Shown piece by piece: positions 13,301 through 27,919 of a stretch of 64,000 nucleotides of DNA (its first letter is position 1; each line of letters opens with the position of its first letter). The position numbers and the translations under genes are program-made. Source of the stretch: Azolla caroliniana (Eukaryota > Plantae > Polypodiophyta); the NCBI GenBank assembly GCA_043228905.1, contig JBHGNT010000002.1:6758001-6822000 (forward strand), in the 5' to 3' direction. Under the pieces are notes generated by a model. That model did no database searches. It was given only the letters and a program-made list of their open reading frames with translations, and was not told the DNA's origin.

Positions 13301-14420
13301 CATGTTACGATGTTCAAGTTCACCATGGTCTTACACTTCAATATAAGCATTCCTATACGACACATGCATTGGTACCTTGTATGGATTCCAACACATGGGT
13401 TTATGAGAACATTATAGTATTTCTTGCATTCTGCTACCTCATACCATTTCTCTGCATATGTTATAAAAGGTATGCGGAAAATTTGGAGTTACGAGATCCA
13501 TTGGTTAGAAGCACATAATCATTTGATTCATATTTTCGTGAAAGTTGTATATGTTTCAAGTGCATGTGCATGCAATAAAAAAAATGGAGCACGTACATGA
13601 AGTGGTTGTACAAGGTTTAAGGTAATCATGTTGTATGTTTAAGAATTTGACTGAGAAATCAATTTCAATAGAGTTTATTGTTCTTATTAATTTTTTAAGA
13701 GATTTTTGCCTTTTCTGGATGAAAGATATATGTATGGTGACTCCCACGCCCACTCTAACTCCTAGGCTATCACCTCATTATCATGGGTTTCTTTTTAAGA
13801 ATGTCATCCTCAAACGTGTATTAATTTGGTACGGATGTACATGTTGGTCTTCGATCAATGTTTTTCTAAGACATTACTTGGGACACGCTACCTATAAGCC
13901 TTTGTAGAAAACTAGGAGTGTGGGTTATGCCAAGAAGTGGGTTTGAAGATCCAACTACGAGGGGTGGTTAAAGTCTTCGAACTAAGAGCCTTGAGATACA
14001 TATGACAAAGATTGGAAATCAAACAAGCTTCAAAAGATTTATTAAAGTGAAAAGAAGGAAAAGCTTTGTAAAATTAATGAAGTTAGCACATCGTCACATT
14101 ACTTTCACTTATATTCGCAATTGGTTGCTAACCATAAATTTAAGATTTCTAGAAACAAAACCAACAAAATTTTGACAAAACTAAACTCTTTCCATAGACA
14201 TATAGTATTTACACGTGTCAAATAATCTCTTTCTCTCATGTAAATCTAATTGAGCTTTGCAAAAAGGAAACTCTCAAATTAAGGAATTAGCAAAGCTTGA
14301 TTTGCAATATAAATTATAATACATATAGACATGTGAACTTTCTATTACTCATTCAATAACACATCAACATTGACTATGCATCTTTAGAAATTCTAGGTTT
14401 CAATTTGATTTAGGATATCG

Positions 14421-14457
14421 ATACATACATACATACATACATACATACATACATACA

Positions 14458-14485
<28 letters not shown>
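14421..14485. repeat. (ATAC)n microsatellite
   Basis: About 16 perfect ATAC units. Confidence 0.95.
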
Positions 14486-14492
<7 letters not shown>

Positions 14493-14934
14493 TCATGAGC
14501 AAACATGGGCATGCTCAACATACAAATGATATTTACACAAGAACAAACTATAAAGAGCTAGCCTCTTGATGCCCACATCAAGAGACACATGCTTCATAGG
14601 TATAAGAAGGCTTAGGAAATCGATGAAAATGTGACCGGTGCAAGTGTTAGTCATTTGTCTGCTTTGAGGGAAAGTGAAAGTTTCGTAATATGTGGAGCGA
14701 GAAGTTCTTGTTATAAAGACAAGTATTAAATCCTAAGGAGCTCCCAAAAGATACGGCTATGTCATCATAGACATATAATGATAATTATCACTTTAATATT
14801 ACAATTCACTAATCATTCACCAATGTTGAGTTTTTCTTTCTCAATGCCGCTCAAAAAACAAACCCTTTCAATCCCTAATTCACATTATTTTGGGTAGTAA
14901 GTATAATAGTTATCATTAATCTTAAAAACTCAAG

Positions 14935-15489
14935 ACATTTGATTAGGAAACCTTTAGATATTACCAATATTATTAGTAAGCTAGTTACAATATTAGCATT
15001 ATTATTAGTAAACTAATTTATAACACTATCTACATGTATCCCATCAACGGATACATAATCACATCAAAAAGCAAGAAATTTAAAGAGGAGATTATTTAGC
15101 CATTGATATTTTTCATATTTCTAGAATGTAACCTTGGTTTTTATTACTAATCATATTTTTCATTGTGTCCATGTAAGTAGTAATGCTTCTAGTAATATTT
15201 GTTTTTTAAAACATTTGATTAGGAAACCTTTAGATATTACCAATATTATAATTTATTAGTAAGCTAGTTTCAATATTTTACCAATATATTAGTAAGCTAA
15301 CTAATAACGCTATCTACATGTAGTCCCATCAACGGATACATAATTGCATAAAAGAAGAAGATATTTGAAGAAGAGTTTGTTTAGTCATTGATGTTTATTA
15401 TATTTCTTGAATGTACCCTTGGTTTTTATTACCAATCATATTTTCCATTGTGTCCATGTAATGCTTCTAGTAATATTTGTTTTTCTAAA
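14935..15489. repeat. Diverged ~276-bp tandem duplication
   Basis: ACATTTGATTAGGAAACCTTTAGATATTACCAATATTA at 14935 and 15211. Both copies end in ATGCTTCTAGTAATATTTGTTTTT. Confidence 0.88.
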
Positions 15490-18400
15490 CTATTTCAAGA
15501 AAATTTATAATGTGAAATTATGTCTAGCAAGATACATCTACTTCGACAGTAAAAGTGTTCTTATAAAAGGATAGGATTGATGTATATGGTTAGACTTGAA
15601 AAGACCAACAAAGATTTTATGCCATTCAGTAAAATCCACTAGATTTCAGAAATCCCAACCAAAAGCCATGCGAAGGGGGATTTCGCCATTGGTTCAAAAA
15701 GCTACCTTTTATATTTTTTTTCATGCACTGTTTCTCACATTCGAGGATCTTGGGGTGCACAGAGAATCACAATATGATGGAGAAATACTGGGAATTGGCA
15801 GGAAAAAGGGTTTGATGAATTGGCCCTTTCAATTCTTATAGGCTAGCACCAGATAGAGATTCGTGGGTCATAGTAAGTAACCTTAGCTGATGTGATGTGG
15901 ATAGACTAAATGATATACATGCACATACACACATTGGAAATACTATAAGCTAATGTAGTTTATCCTTGTCTTCATACATTTGTATTATGAAGAGATGCAT
16001 AGAGAGCAATAGATGATGATGACGATGATGAGTTCACGTGTATAGAGGGTTTATTAAAAATGTGTGAGATTTTGTTTTGGTTTGCAGCTTTTTTTTATGG
16101 GGGAAATGCCAACCAAAAAAGCAAAAGCAGAAGAAGAAAAAGGACTTTGCAAATTCTTGACATGACCCCTTCCACATGGGACATGCCCACACAACCCTTG
16201 AATTTTGGACACCCTCCCAAGATTCGTGACAAGATACTCTTCTCATAGTACCCTCATCTCTCATGATCATTATTGATCGTCATTTACTCTTTCTTGCTCT
16301 TGATCTTTCTCTAGTGGACGCGCGCGCACACACACACGTGTGTGGGTGTGTGTGTGTGTATGCCAATCTATCTACGAATGCATTTAGTACGTATGGAAAT
16401 GTACATGCGGGATGGTTGAAAATGTCCCCTTAATCTCAATTTAGACCTAATCTATAGATAGCTACATAGATATATTTTACCCCTCAATCTACCAACCCTC
16501 ACATTTTGCCTATGTTTAGTTAGGCATGCCTCTTTTATTTAACCTCCTATTCTAGTACTCATATGCATGTTGTTTTTTTATTTAACCTTCCTCTAGTACT
16601 ATGCATGCATTTTGGTATCTAACCCCTAGTCTAGTTACTATTAGCTACTACTATGGTTGCATCTTGATTTAACCCTAATCATAGATAGTACTGCATAATA
16701 TATCTGCATTCTCATTTAAACGTTAATCCGTGCCACCAAATCTAAGGCACGATGAAATGCAACTACACATAGAAAGAGAGAAAGAGAAAGGGTACACAAC
16801 AATCATATGGGCAAGGAACCACACACATGTGAAATGACAACTTCTTTTTACCAGTGCACAACCTAATTTGACCATGTAAGTTGGACCTTGCATCATTTGT
16901 TATTATGATTTAAACACATCGTGATAAACAATGATATTTAAAAGTAAATAAATAGAATCAAACATAATTCCCTTTCCATTTTTTGAGATCATAGCAAAAT
17001 AATGGGAGATATGAGATATCTATAAAAGTTTCAAATAAATATAGGCATATCGAAATATATGGATAGAAATCGATTTAGTTATATTAACTTCAAATTATAT
17101 AGATGTGTGTGTGTTTATCAAATCTCTTCCCTCAGTAGAAATTTTGGTCAATAACAAGTTTGGTGAATTATCAATTCATGTCTCCGGTTTGTAACAATAA
17201 GAGGATCTTCTACACTAGCAAGGAGCAATGCTCCTAGCTAAGACATCATGGATTATATATATAACACATGAATTTATCAACCATTTGATTCTAGTTGTAG
17301 GATCTATTTTAGGTCTCCACACACAAATGATGACACATGATTCCTTCACACTCATGAAAACTATTGAGCAATTGGTTTAGTTTTGTGATTGTGCTTGAAT
17401 TAAGAAAACCTATCACAATATTAAAGAGATATACAAGAAGATGAACAACTTGTTTATATTGGAATTCGTTCCCTTTAAATTCTAACCAATAACTCCAAAC
17501 AAGCTTCGCAAACAATCCAATCAAATTCATTGAAAAATGACCACATTTTCTTGATTAGTGTTTGCATATTAGATCTAATTTACATGTGCTTAGATCCATA
17601 TCAATAACATTAACCTATTTGTGACCCTTGATATTGGTTTGAGTCAACAGTAACTATTGTCTTAGATATGGGATTATATATTTGAACACCATTATTACTA
17701 ATAATGAAAATCATATGCAAGAAATAGGGGCTGGCCACAAATGACATCTTGTACATTTAGATTCTAAGAAATGCAACTTGAGATGGTGAAATAAGGTTAG
17801 AATGCAGAAAATACACATGAAAATATTGTAAATATAGAGAATCATCTTGCGAAGTTAAATTTTTATAAGATATGCATACACCCATCTTAGTTATACACCA
17901 CTCACATCAAAGAGATCAATTTTTTGAGTAGTCAAGTTTTGCTTCCAAGACATGCATTTAGAAAGTTATCTCACAAGGTTCCTTCTAGTATACCGTATAA
18001 TAAAGATTTTTATTTGCCATGTAGGTGATACGATTTTGCTCGCATTTATTCGGGAGGAGTTGTTATTTCCCTTCCATGCTGATGTTATTCATAGTGATGA
18101 CATAGATGTGGCGATGAATATGAAGGTGACATCACATGATGATACAATGTTTTTAATATACTATGATTGCAATGCCCTTTCAATTTTAAGACACTATCTT
18201 GCTAGTTTTGTTATGTTTATGGTTTCTCTACTCCTTTCCATTTTTAAATGCATAGCGGCCTTGGATAGAATCTTTAAATGCTATGGGAACTCAATAATTT
18301 GTTGTTACTGTTTTACACCATTGCAGAATTATGGCAATAAATGAGAGGTCGCCTGATATTTCATTGTACAATATACAACTTTGTCTTATTCATTAGTTGA

Positions 18401-19384
18401 GACTTTGAAAGACACTTTCAATAACTAGGAAAAGGGAAACGGTATCTTTGTTTTAATTCATATATACAATTTGGAAATCAACCTAGACTACATGTATATG
18501 TATTTAATATAAGTATGTGTTGGCCTCAAAGTACAATAAAATTGATTAGTAACTAGACATTACAACATATGTTAGACTATGGTTTCTTATTGTTGTGTGT
18601 GTGCCCTTTAGTAAATCAATTCATCAAGGTTGTAGCCTTGCATGGTTGTTTGTAATGTCCCACCCCTAGTTAGCTTAACTTGATAATTCATGATTGTGTG
18701 TTGCAACAAGTTACATATGATATTGTACATTCTCAAAATGTAGAAAACACTAGCTAATGCTCAACTGTAGCTATAAATATTGTGATGTACCTTCATTATA
18801 CTAAGCATAACATTGATAATCATGATTGGAATATATAGGCTTCGTGTAGTGACATCCCTACTAGTTTGTGTGTGATCCTTAAGCAACCAAATGTAGCAAT
18901 CTTGTATGGTTGCATAATTCAACCCACCTTTGAGGATGTTGGTGCAATAGATCATTGTTGTTTTTTCTAATAGTAGATTAACATGTAATATAGTTGCTTA
19001 ATGGAAAAGGGTTTTTCGTTGAATGTCAGATAGAAATATGGCTCAAACATGTTACCAAATATATTTGTTGATTAGAACATGGATTTTTGTTCTCAGTTTC
19101 TCTCATCATTGATGTCACTTGTCGATTGGCATAAGATTGGGCCAACATAATTTCCTAAATAATATCATTACTTAGGTTTTGATAAGGTTTAGGTATGCCA
19201 AAGAATTATGGCTATGAATTACGAGATGCCATACTTGTAAAACATTGCTTGGTCGAGGTTTTATTATACATGTTTACATTCATGTATAGAAGGTTGTAAG
19301 TTACATAAGATGATGTTCTCGTTGATGATAATTAGTACTAGCGCACACCCTTCACATACATGACATGAAATGGAATGTACCCAT

Positions 19385-19720
19385 GATTTTTTTTTCTTTC
19401 TCCACTACTAAAGAGAGTAAGTACTATCTCATCAATTTATTGGCATGTAGGGCCAAATTTTCTTTCCGCACCAGTCAAAAGGGCAAGTACTATGTCATCA
19501 TCTTACTCTAATATAGGAAATATTTATCGGATGTAGAGTATATTTGTTTTCTTTTTCCGAAGGAGCTTAGTGTGCCACCCTTATTTAGGTCATTAATGCA
19601 CTAGATTTTCTTTCCTCATTAGTGAAGAGAGCAAGTACTATGTGTCATTAACTTATTGCAACGTACCCAAAAATGTCTTTCCTCAAATAGTGAAGGTGAC
19701 ATTGTACATGTCATCATCTT
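19385..19720. repeat. Degenerate ~65-70-bp tandem repeat
   Basis: Recurring TTTCTTTCC...AGTGAAGAGAGCAAGTACTATGTCATCA-like blocks, about 4-5 copies. Confidence 0.55.
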
Positions 19721-21787
19721 GATATTTGAAGGCAAGAAACATCACATGATATATCTATCCTATACTGGTTTTGTTCTCTAAAAGGTATCTTGAGTTCCAC
19801 CATTACTTTCATGACATTTTGTAATATTTCAACAATTTCCCTAGATTTAGCTAGATCCCACATGTCCAGAAATGAATAAGTATTGGCAAAAAACCAAAAC
19901 GTATTAGGAACATCTCGCAACAACATCCTTACAACACCATAATCGAAAGGGACCTTGATGTTCATTTTGCTAGTGATGGTAAAGTTTACGTTCTTTGATT
20001 TTTGTGCAGCCATAGTGGAGTGCCATTGCAATAATATATTTATTATATGAAGGTTGAACATGGAATAATTGAGTTATAGAAGTATCACGTTGTTAAGAAG
20101 TTAGCCCTATTGTGCATATCCAACTACTTGATCACACTAACATGTTACATGTCCCTTACATGCATTAATTAGGATATTGGATCACAAACTCAAAACAAAG
20201 AAATCATGTGCACTTTAACTCAACAATTGTGGACTTTGATACACCCAAAATGTTTATCAAAGTCATCTCTAATACACCCAAAATGTTATTGATGCCCACA
20301 ATTCCCGGGTAGGAATAATTCCTTATCTTGGTTACTTTGCTCATACTCAAAACGCAAGTGGACTTTTGATTTTGTTGTTCTAACTTCAATATATGTTAAA
20401 CACTACGATACTAGTGATCACTAGATTCGAAGGCGAGGAGTAGGCAAAGAATACTTGCTTGATCAATGTACATATAATGCATTGATGCAAACTTGCTAAA
20501 GACACATGTATTCAAATAATGTATTGATTTAATGCATGGATGCTAGAAGCAATATCCCATGATAGATCATGATAATCATTCTCCTAGGGATTTCATGATT
20601 TCATGCATGTGAACCTAGGCCTAGAGAGGAAATACTCACTTATGAGACTTTGGCTCGATCCTTGGTGAGCATGATTTGAGGTCTTCGATTTTAATGCTAC
20701 TATCAAGTTTCCATGAAGGACTAGGGATTAATGGATGGCACATGGTCATTATCGTATGTCAGGTAACCTCCGAGAAATGTTACCCAGTTCCCTCCCCCAC
20801 CTCCACTCTCAATTGTCGTATGTTGATCATGTGGTTACTTACATCCTATCTCCATAGCCAAGTGGCTTTATTGAAGCACTTTCTCTTTGCTCGTCCACCA
20901 TCATCTTTTAGTCATTAGAATAAATTTTTGTACGATTTCTTATACTAATTGAACTTAAGTTTAATGATGAAAGTTGAAATTCCAAGAGTCAAATTGTTCC
21001 AATGCTGAACCATTAAAATGCCTAGTGTCGATGGGTATTGGCAATGCTGATTCTTAAATTAATAAGATTCACAAGTATCGTTATCCGATTAAATTTGACA
21101 AAAAACTCTAAATAAACAATGTGGCGAGATCTCGTGCATTTAGGAGGGATGGAATGATGTGATGGTCAAGATTAAAGGTCCTACACAACTAACTACTCAT
21201 GATAGGGATGTTATGTTTAAGGATTCATGATAGTGTGACTTGTGATTCAATCAATGGTTTGCAAGACTCATGAGGGAGGGAGAGTAGAGTGGCTATAATG
21301 ACTCATATATGAAGCCAATCCATCCATCCATGCATACATACATACATATTCCAAAGAGAAGGGTGTCCACTAAAATCTTAAATGTCCTATTGCTTTTTAT
21401 TGGGATTTGAGGTGTATGTAAAGGGCCTCTCACTTTTGAAGTGTTTTTTTTCTCTCTCTTTGCCTTTTAGAAGGAGAATAAGAAGAGAGAGAGAGAGAGA
21501 GCGGCTAGTAGTGAGTCCTTTTCTTTTTTTGTTTGTTGTTTTGGCAGCAACACCACCACCTCCACCATTAAACTTCACGAGGGAAATGCCCAACCCAAAC
21601 ACATATATAAATGAATGGACCCTTTTCCTATATGCTATTGTATACTACACACTTTATTCACATTCACTTAATAACATACACTTATACAAAAAACAACACA
21701 ATCAATCTCTCTAGTGTCTCTCTATCCTTACCAACCCTCTAATAATTGGAATCAAAACCACCCTCTTCTTCTATTTATCTATCTATC

Positions 21788-21795
21788 TATAAATA
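21788..21795 (+). promoter_or_regulatory. Probable TATA box of the ERF gene
   Basis: TATAAATA about 70 nt upstream of the ATG, followed by a (CTT)n pyrimidine-rich leader. Confidence 0.55.
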
Positions 21796-21863
21796 TATCT
21801 CTTACTCCTTTCTTCTTCTTCTTCTTCTTCTTGTCGTTGTAGTTGTCGACATTGTTATAAATA

Positions 21864-23579
21864 ATGGTGTCCACGAGTAGTGGTGGATCGAGGCGATATA
21901 GGGGAGTCCGACAAAGGCAATGGGGCTCTTGGGTCTCCGAAATTAGACACTCCATCTCGTAAGTCCGAGACATATGTCTCGCATATAACTAATTTTAGTT
22001 GTGTATCCAAGCATAAAAAGATGCCGCTACTATGGAACAAAAGAATGCTAATATTTGGATTTACTTTATGCACATTTATATGTTGGAACCATACTTATTT
22101 ATCAACCTATGCATGCTTTTGAGAAAATCTTTTACTTGTATGTTAGACATTTCATCTCCCTCAAACTATGCCACACCAACCCATTCACTTCACAAAGATT
22201 ATTTTTTTTGTGTGTGTGTTGATTAATCTCATTTTTGTTTTTTTTTCCCTTGCAGAAAGACAAGGATTTGGCTTGGCACGTTCGACACCGCGAAGAAAGC
22301 TGCAAAGGCATATGACGAGGCGGCACGAGTGATGGAAGGCGAGAACGCAAAGACCAATTTCCCGCTACCATCACCATCTTCATCTTCCTTACTCTCTCCA
22401 TCAGTGAGAGCAAAGCTGATGCATTGCAATTGCATGGCTACATTGAGAGGTCCCACCAACAATTACAATGTAATGACCAATAATAACCACATGAAATACA
22501 ATGCTAGTAGTGGCACTAGTGGTCACATTACCAAGTTCAAGGCAAGTAAGGTGACTGGCTACATAAATAATAACCATAAGCACAAGGATGAGCAATATAA
22601 TGATGGGTATAGGTCCCATGGGGGCTCTATGACTATGACTAGTGGAGCACATGTTTATACCAATGGTCATCATGAGCCGCGGACATTGTCATTGGATGGT
22701 CGGTATGGGAATGGGAGGACATTGGGATCAAAGTCTGGGGGCGGACAATATCGCAGCCAGACATTGGTGTGCCTCCGTCTGGACGATGCCGCGGATCGGT
22801 TGGGCGTGATGTGGCAAGGTAGTGCCGACTCCAAGCCCCAATGGGTCACCACAATCCATGTCCCACCACCACCACCATTACCACAAGTCCATTCCATGAC
22901 ATTATCTAGCACCACAATTAGTACCACAAATTCAAATATCTTCGGCTCTTCGGAGGCGGAGGAGGAGGAGGAGGCGCGAAAGCACGATATATATCCTCGC
23001 CCGAAGAATTCTTCTTGTTCGCCCGACCAAGTCTCGCCCACCATTTCTTCGTCATCGTCCAGCGCTTCGATGATGTCCACGGGGAACTTGGACATATTGC
23101 TGGACGCGACATTCGACTTATCGGGCCACATCCCGACAACTCCGCAGACTACGCTGCTTCTACCCAATCATTCGCCGCCCACAAGCTGTTATGAGGATGA
23201 GGATGATAGCATGATGATGGATCATATCGATCTCATCGATCTAATCTATGATTCTCCACAGCTAGGAGCTAGTCCTAACCTTGACATATTGGACAATCAT
23301 CATCATGGTGGTGGTGATGATATGGCTTTGATGGATCCTCTGCAACTAGGAGCTGAGGCCTCCATCTCCCAAGCTCTTCTATACCTTGCTCAAGCAGAAG
23401 AACAAGAACAAGAAGATCATCGGAGTGATCATCATCGTCATAGCTTCCATCAGGATCAACTAGATGATGATGAGGATGATGGTGATCATCTGTACCATCA
23501 TCATCATCATCATCATAACCCATTCCCATTTCTTGAAGAATATAATTGCCATGAGGAGGAGAACCAGCTATGGCAATGA
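21864..23579 (+). CDS. AP2/ERF transcription factor, group V (SHINE/WIN1/ERF003-like); exons 21864-21958 and 22256-23579, 472 aa
   Basis: Spliced AP2 domain [58 protein letters not shown]. Phase-2 intron 21959-22255 (GTAAGT...TTGCAG) sits at the group V position, and exon 2 is in frame with ORF 22329-23579. Group V motifs [13 protein letters not shown] and [16 protein letters not shown] are present. Confidence 0.92.
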
Positions 23580-23722
23580 CCACACATATACATACATATA
23601 TGTATACCTCCATACATCCATCCATCCATCCATACATACATTCATTCATACATACATACATGTGTGTGTATGTATGTACATATGTATGTGTATGTATGTA
23701 TGTGTGTGTGTGTGTGTGTGTG
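23580..23722. repeat. Compound microsatellite (ATAC/CATC/TATG/TG) right after the ERF stop
   Basis: Directly visible. The ATAC and GTAT tracts are mutually complementary. Confidence 0.85.
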
Positions 23723-26700
23723 TTAAAAATTAAAAACAATTAAAACAAATCCTTTAGGAAAATAAATAAATAAATAATATTGCAAAGAGCTGAAGTTTGA
23801 AGCCTCGTTATTATTATTATTATTATTATTTTAAAAAGAAATTGCCCCTTTTTAAAAAAGAAAGAAGAAGGTATTTTAGGGTAGGAGAGCTTCAAATTTC
23901 AGCCCTTTTTTTTCTCTATCTCTCTCTCTCTCTTCTCTTTGTATTTGTTTTTTTCTTGCTCTTAAGAAGTTAATAGAATCCAAATCTATAATAATAATAA
24001 AAAACATGTGTCTATGTGTGTACATGGGTTTATCCATTAATCCTTTTTTCTTTTGTTATAAAATGGCATCATTGAGATGCCCTTCTTATGCCTATATACT
24101 GTATCATTCATATTCGTTAGGTGAATTCTTTGCTAGTCGCTACCTAAATCGGGGTAGTGTCATGGTTGAACTTCTAATAAGGAATTCAAAATTTATAGAT
24201 AACATAGGCCAATCGTCAAGAGAGAGGAGAGGAAGAGTTATTTGTGTTCCTCCAACATTCATTCTTCGTAACTCCAGTATGTTGCACCTTAATATGTCAA
24301 TGTGCCCATGAGATATATATACATATTCCTTTTATTGTACATTACCCATTGGGGGCACCCGAGGTTACCGTCCCCAAAAGTCAAATTATTATCATCTCTA
24401 AAAATCAAACACATAACCAATGAAACCTAATGTGAAACATTTTCACGTATCGTGTGAACATGTCAAAGTTAATAAGTTATTCTCAAAGGTAGAAAGAAGC
24501 TCGAATTTTATCGATGGTAGAGGATAAGACATCCTTGACACACAATGTTTCTCACGTCATAAGAAGTGAACGATGTGTCTTGCATAAGCTTGTTAAACAT
24601 ATTCGATCAACACTTGAATAGAAGAAGTGCATTGACATTCATAATTAAAGAGACCAAAGTTGTTTATGGGACCAAAACAATGAGAATATAATAGCTTTCT
24701 TGCTTGTTCATGAAAACTATAGGAATTTGCTTATTTAGAGTACTCTAGCAATAGGCTTTAGCGAGTTGTGGGGCATGTGGTATGTGGGGAGGTGAGCTAG
24801 AATTTGGTGTCCCTATGTTGTTTCGATGGATGTGGGAGTGCCCTCTCGCTACTATGCTTATTTGTGATACCCAAACTCCATGAATTGAATCCCAAACACT
24901 TTTGATCCTCTAAATCGCATGACATTATGATAATGGTCTAGGCTCCTTTCAGAACAAATTGTAGCACATAATGCACCACAATATATTATATCCTTACATA
25001 TAGACTCAATGCTCCCTCGACTCTATGTCTAGAAACCTACTAGCAAAACTCAATGGTCCCCTTTCTTGAGTCAGTGGGCCTCCATATAAGATGGGACTAT
25101 CACGTCCTTACTAGGATTTGTATAAAACATTCTCATTTGTAAAATTTTATAACTAATGGAAGGAGTTTTTTGAAAAAAAACATATTACATGTAAGTGATG
25201 TGTGACCCCATTAGAGCCGTCCAATAAATATCAATTATTGCCTTTGGCGTTGTATGGTCATTGCCTTTTGCACAAATGCTCATTTTGTTATTGATTTATA
25301 AAGCATGAATCATATACATGATGAATATTACATGGACCTCCAAGTTCGAGCATTTGGTTTTCTGTCGGCGTTACGAAAGCTATCCCATGAATCTTATGGT
25401 GTACTACATGACCATTGCCTATATTTCCATCTAACCTACTCTAAATGTTCCAGAGTTGTGCAAAAACATCCATTGAATATTTTAGGTTTGATTCTTTTTC
25501 CCTTTGTACATGATCTTTACGCTATATGTTGTACATATTGGAACAAAGAGAGCTACCCACATAGCTAGCTTTTTGACACTACATTCTTCTATATTATTAG
25601 AGGTTGAATAAAAAATGAGGTCTATTCATATTGAAAACATTCTCTTTCAAATGTTTTTTTGGTTTACAAAACTTATAAAATACGTTATTTAACGTAATCG
25701 TCATCAATGTTGCATTTTCTTCCGCTTAACATGTTCGAGTCCATTCACTTGTAATGTCCAATTTGTAACGCTTTTGCTTAACTTTTGCAAGTATTTTTTC
25801 TTTATATCCTTATGTTGATGAATTTTGGAATTAACAAGGTTGAAAACAAAAGAAACCCTTATGTTTTCCTTTCATTTCTTCTTGTTATCTACTAATAAGA
25901 GAACATTTCACAAAAGTTCAACTCTTTAAGAGCAATAAGGAATGTGTGTGCATTGATGTGTTGTAAAATGTGTTCATGGGTCGTTGTCTCACATTGTTCA
26001 TATAATTATTATTATATGTTATTATTATGCATGAACACGTGAAAACTTCATTAAAACTTGATTGATTGCGATAGCATTAATGAGGTTACACAAGTTTTTT
26101 CTTTGTGATCCAAGATGGGTATATGATATGTGACCTTACATTATTTAATGCGTGGATTGAGGGTGAGCGGATCATCAATTGACCCAAGGCCTTTGAAAAT
26201 ATCACCCTAACATGTAACTTGGTACAGGTGGAATTATTGGCAAGATTGACAAAAATGTTTGTCCTCATCAAAATTGTACATTTTGTATTTAAATATATAA
26301 TTAGTTGCTAAAGTGATTGTATTATATAAACTACATAATCAATTATAATATTATAGGTTGTATGTGACGTCTCTAAAAGTTACCGTAAACATAAAAATGT
26401 AAAGTTTAAATAAATTAATACACCTTTTGTAGTTTCTAGGTCTCACTAACTAATAAGTTATATATACCTTATATATAAGATGGGACTAACTTGTATATCT
26501 TGTATTAGTTAACTTGTAAACAAATACGATTATCCTTTATCATTCCAAACAACGTATAATATGGAGTCATGATCAACAAGGAATGGGTGCATTTACATAC
26601 GCATATGCAGAAGATGCACCTTGGGAAAAACCCTTGTAACTTATGGGACAAAATTGCACACATCCAAAAACAGTTGGTCAAGCATTTGTGCCAATGTGAA

Positions 26701-27836
26701 TGGACCATACATAGGGGTTTGATCCTCCCTATAATAATGTGTTTGGACTTGCACGTCAAAATAATTCCTTGCTTAGAAAGATTGAAACTTAGATGTCCTT
26801 GGAATTCTATGTTGCGCGTCATGTCCTAAAGCCTCGTGGAGATATCCTTTATCTTATGAATATATTCATGTATATTTATTATACCTTTCATGTGCATCAA
26901 TAGTAGGGTGTTCTAAGACGTTATCGAGAAAACAAAAACATAAGTTGTGTTGAATGAAGACCTCAAAACTTTGACCCAATTGTAGATCGAAATGTAAGTT
27001 GGTCTAACAAAAACGAGATGCAATCGATATGATTGCATTTTATTAGTTGGGTGTGTAATTATTAGCAAATTGAGCACCAATCGTTCAAGTGAATTACTAC
27101 TTTACAAATAAGGAGACGTTCCCTAATCCAGACAAGACAACCTATATATTTGATGAAATTAAATGAAGAATACAAACCAACCGCAAAAAGGTAGGAAGAT
27201 GTTCATTGTTTCGTTTAACTAGAGATATATAAATAACAAGATATTAAGCTCAAGAATTAAGATGTACAATTATTAGGTAATCCTAATGGTGACAATTTCC
27301 AATAATCATGCGGATTGACTCAACATGACACTCATAGTTTTGTTGCAATCTTTGGTGTTAATAGCATTAAAGGATTTGGTATATGTACTTGGTGGTATTT
27401 TGGGACTTATAGTGAACTTGAAGGGAATTTGGGATCATTTTATCTTAATACTATGTAGGGTTCCACCTAAGACTTCAAATACAATGATTGCCCCTTTTTA
27501 TTGTTTTGTGTCCTAAGTTACAATAAAAGACACTAACCAATGACAATATTAGCATTGAATCCATTTGATTAGAAACCTCATCTAGATCTGTTGTAGATAT
27601 AGTTGATATAAGTCGCTTGAAACCGCATCCACATCCCGTCTAAACATTGATTTAATCCATGCGTGTTTGTAGAGCCTTTGGATTATCTTTCAATCTTAAC
27701 GAACAACTTTGACACTAACAAAAATGTAGGGGCACATGGAGAAATAAAGAAAAACTCAATAAAACAAACTTAGAGTTGTTATGTGCATAATAATGGTTTC
27801 TTATTCATATCTCATTCGTGAACATTGAAGCTTCTT

Positions 27837-27839
<3 letters not shown>

Positions 27840-27900
<61 letters not shown>
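27840..27900. repeat. (GA)n microsatellite
   Basis: About 30 perfect GA units. Confidence 0.95.
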
Positions 27901-27902
<2 letters not shown>

Positions 27903-27919
27903 ATTTACATTTACAAATA

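Noticed and set aside
10400-21300. Numerous 60-130 aa ORFs in AT-rich DNA
   Set aside because: Consistent with random ORFs in decayed repeat-derived intergenic sequence; none has a recognisable motif.
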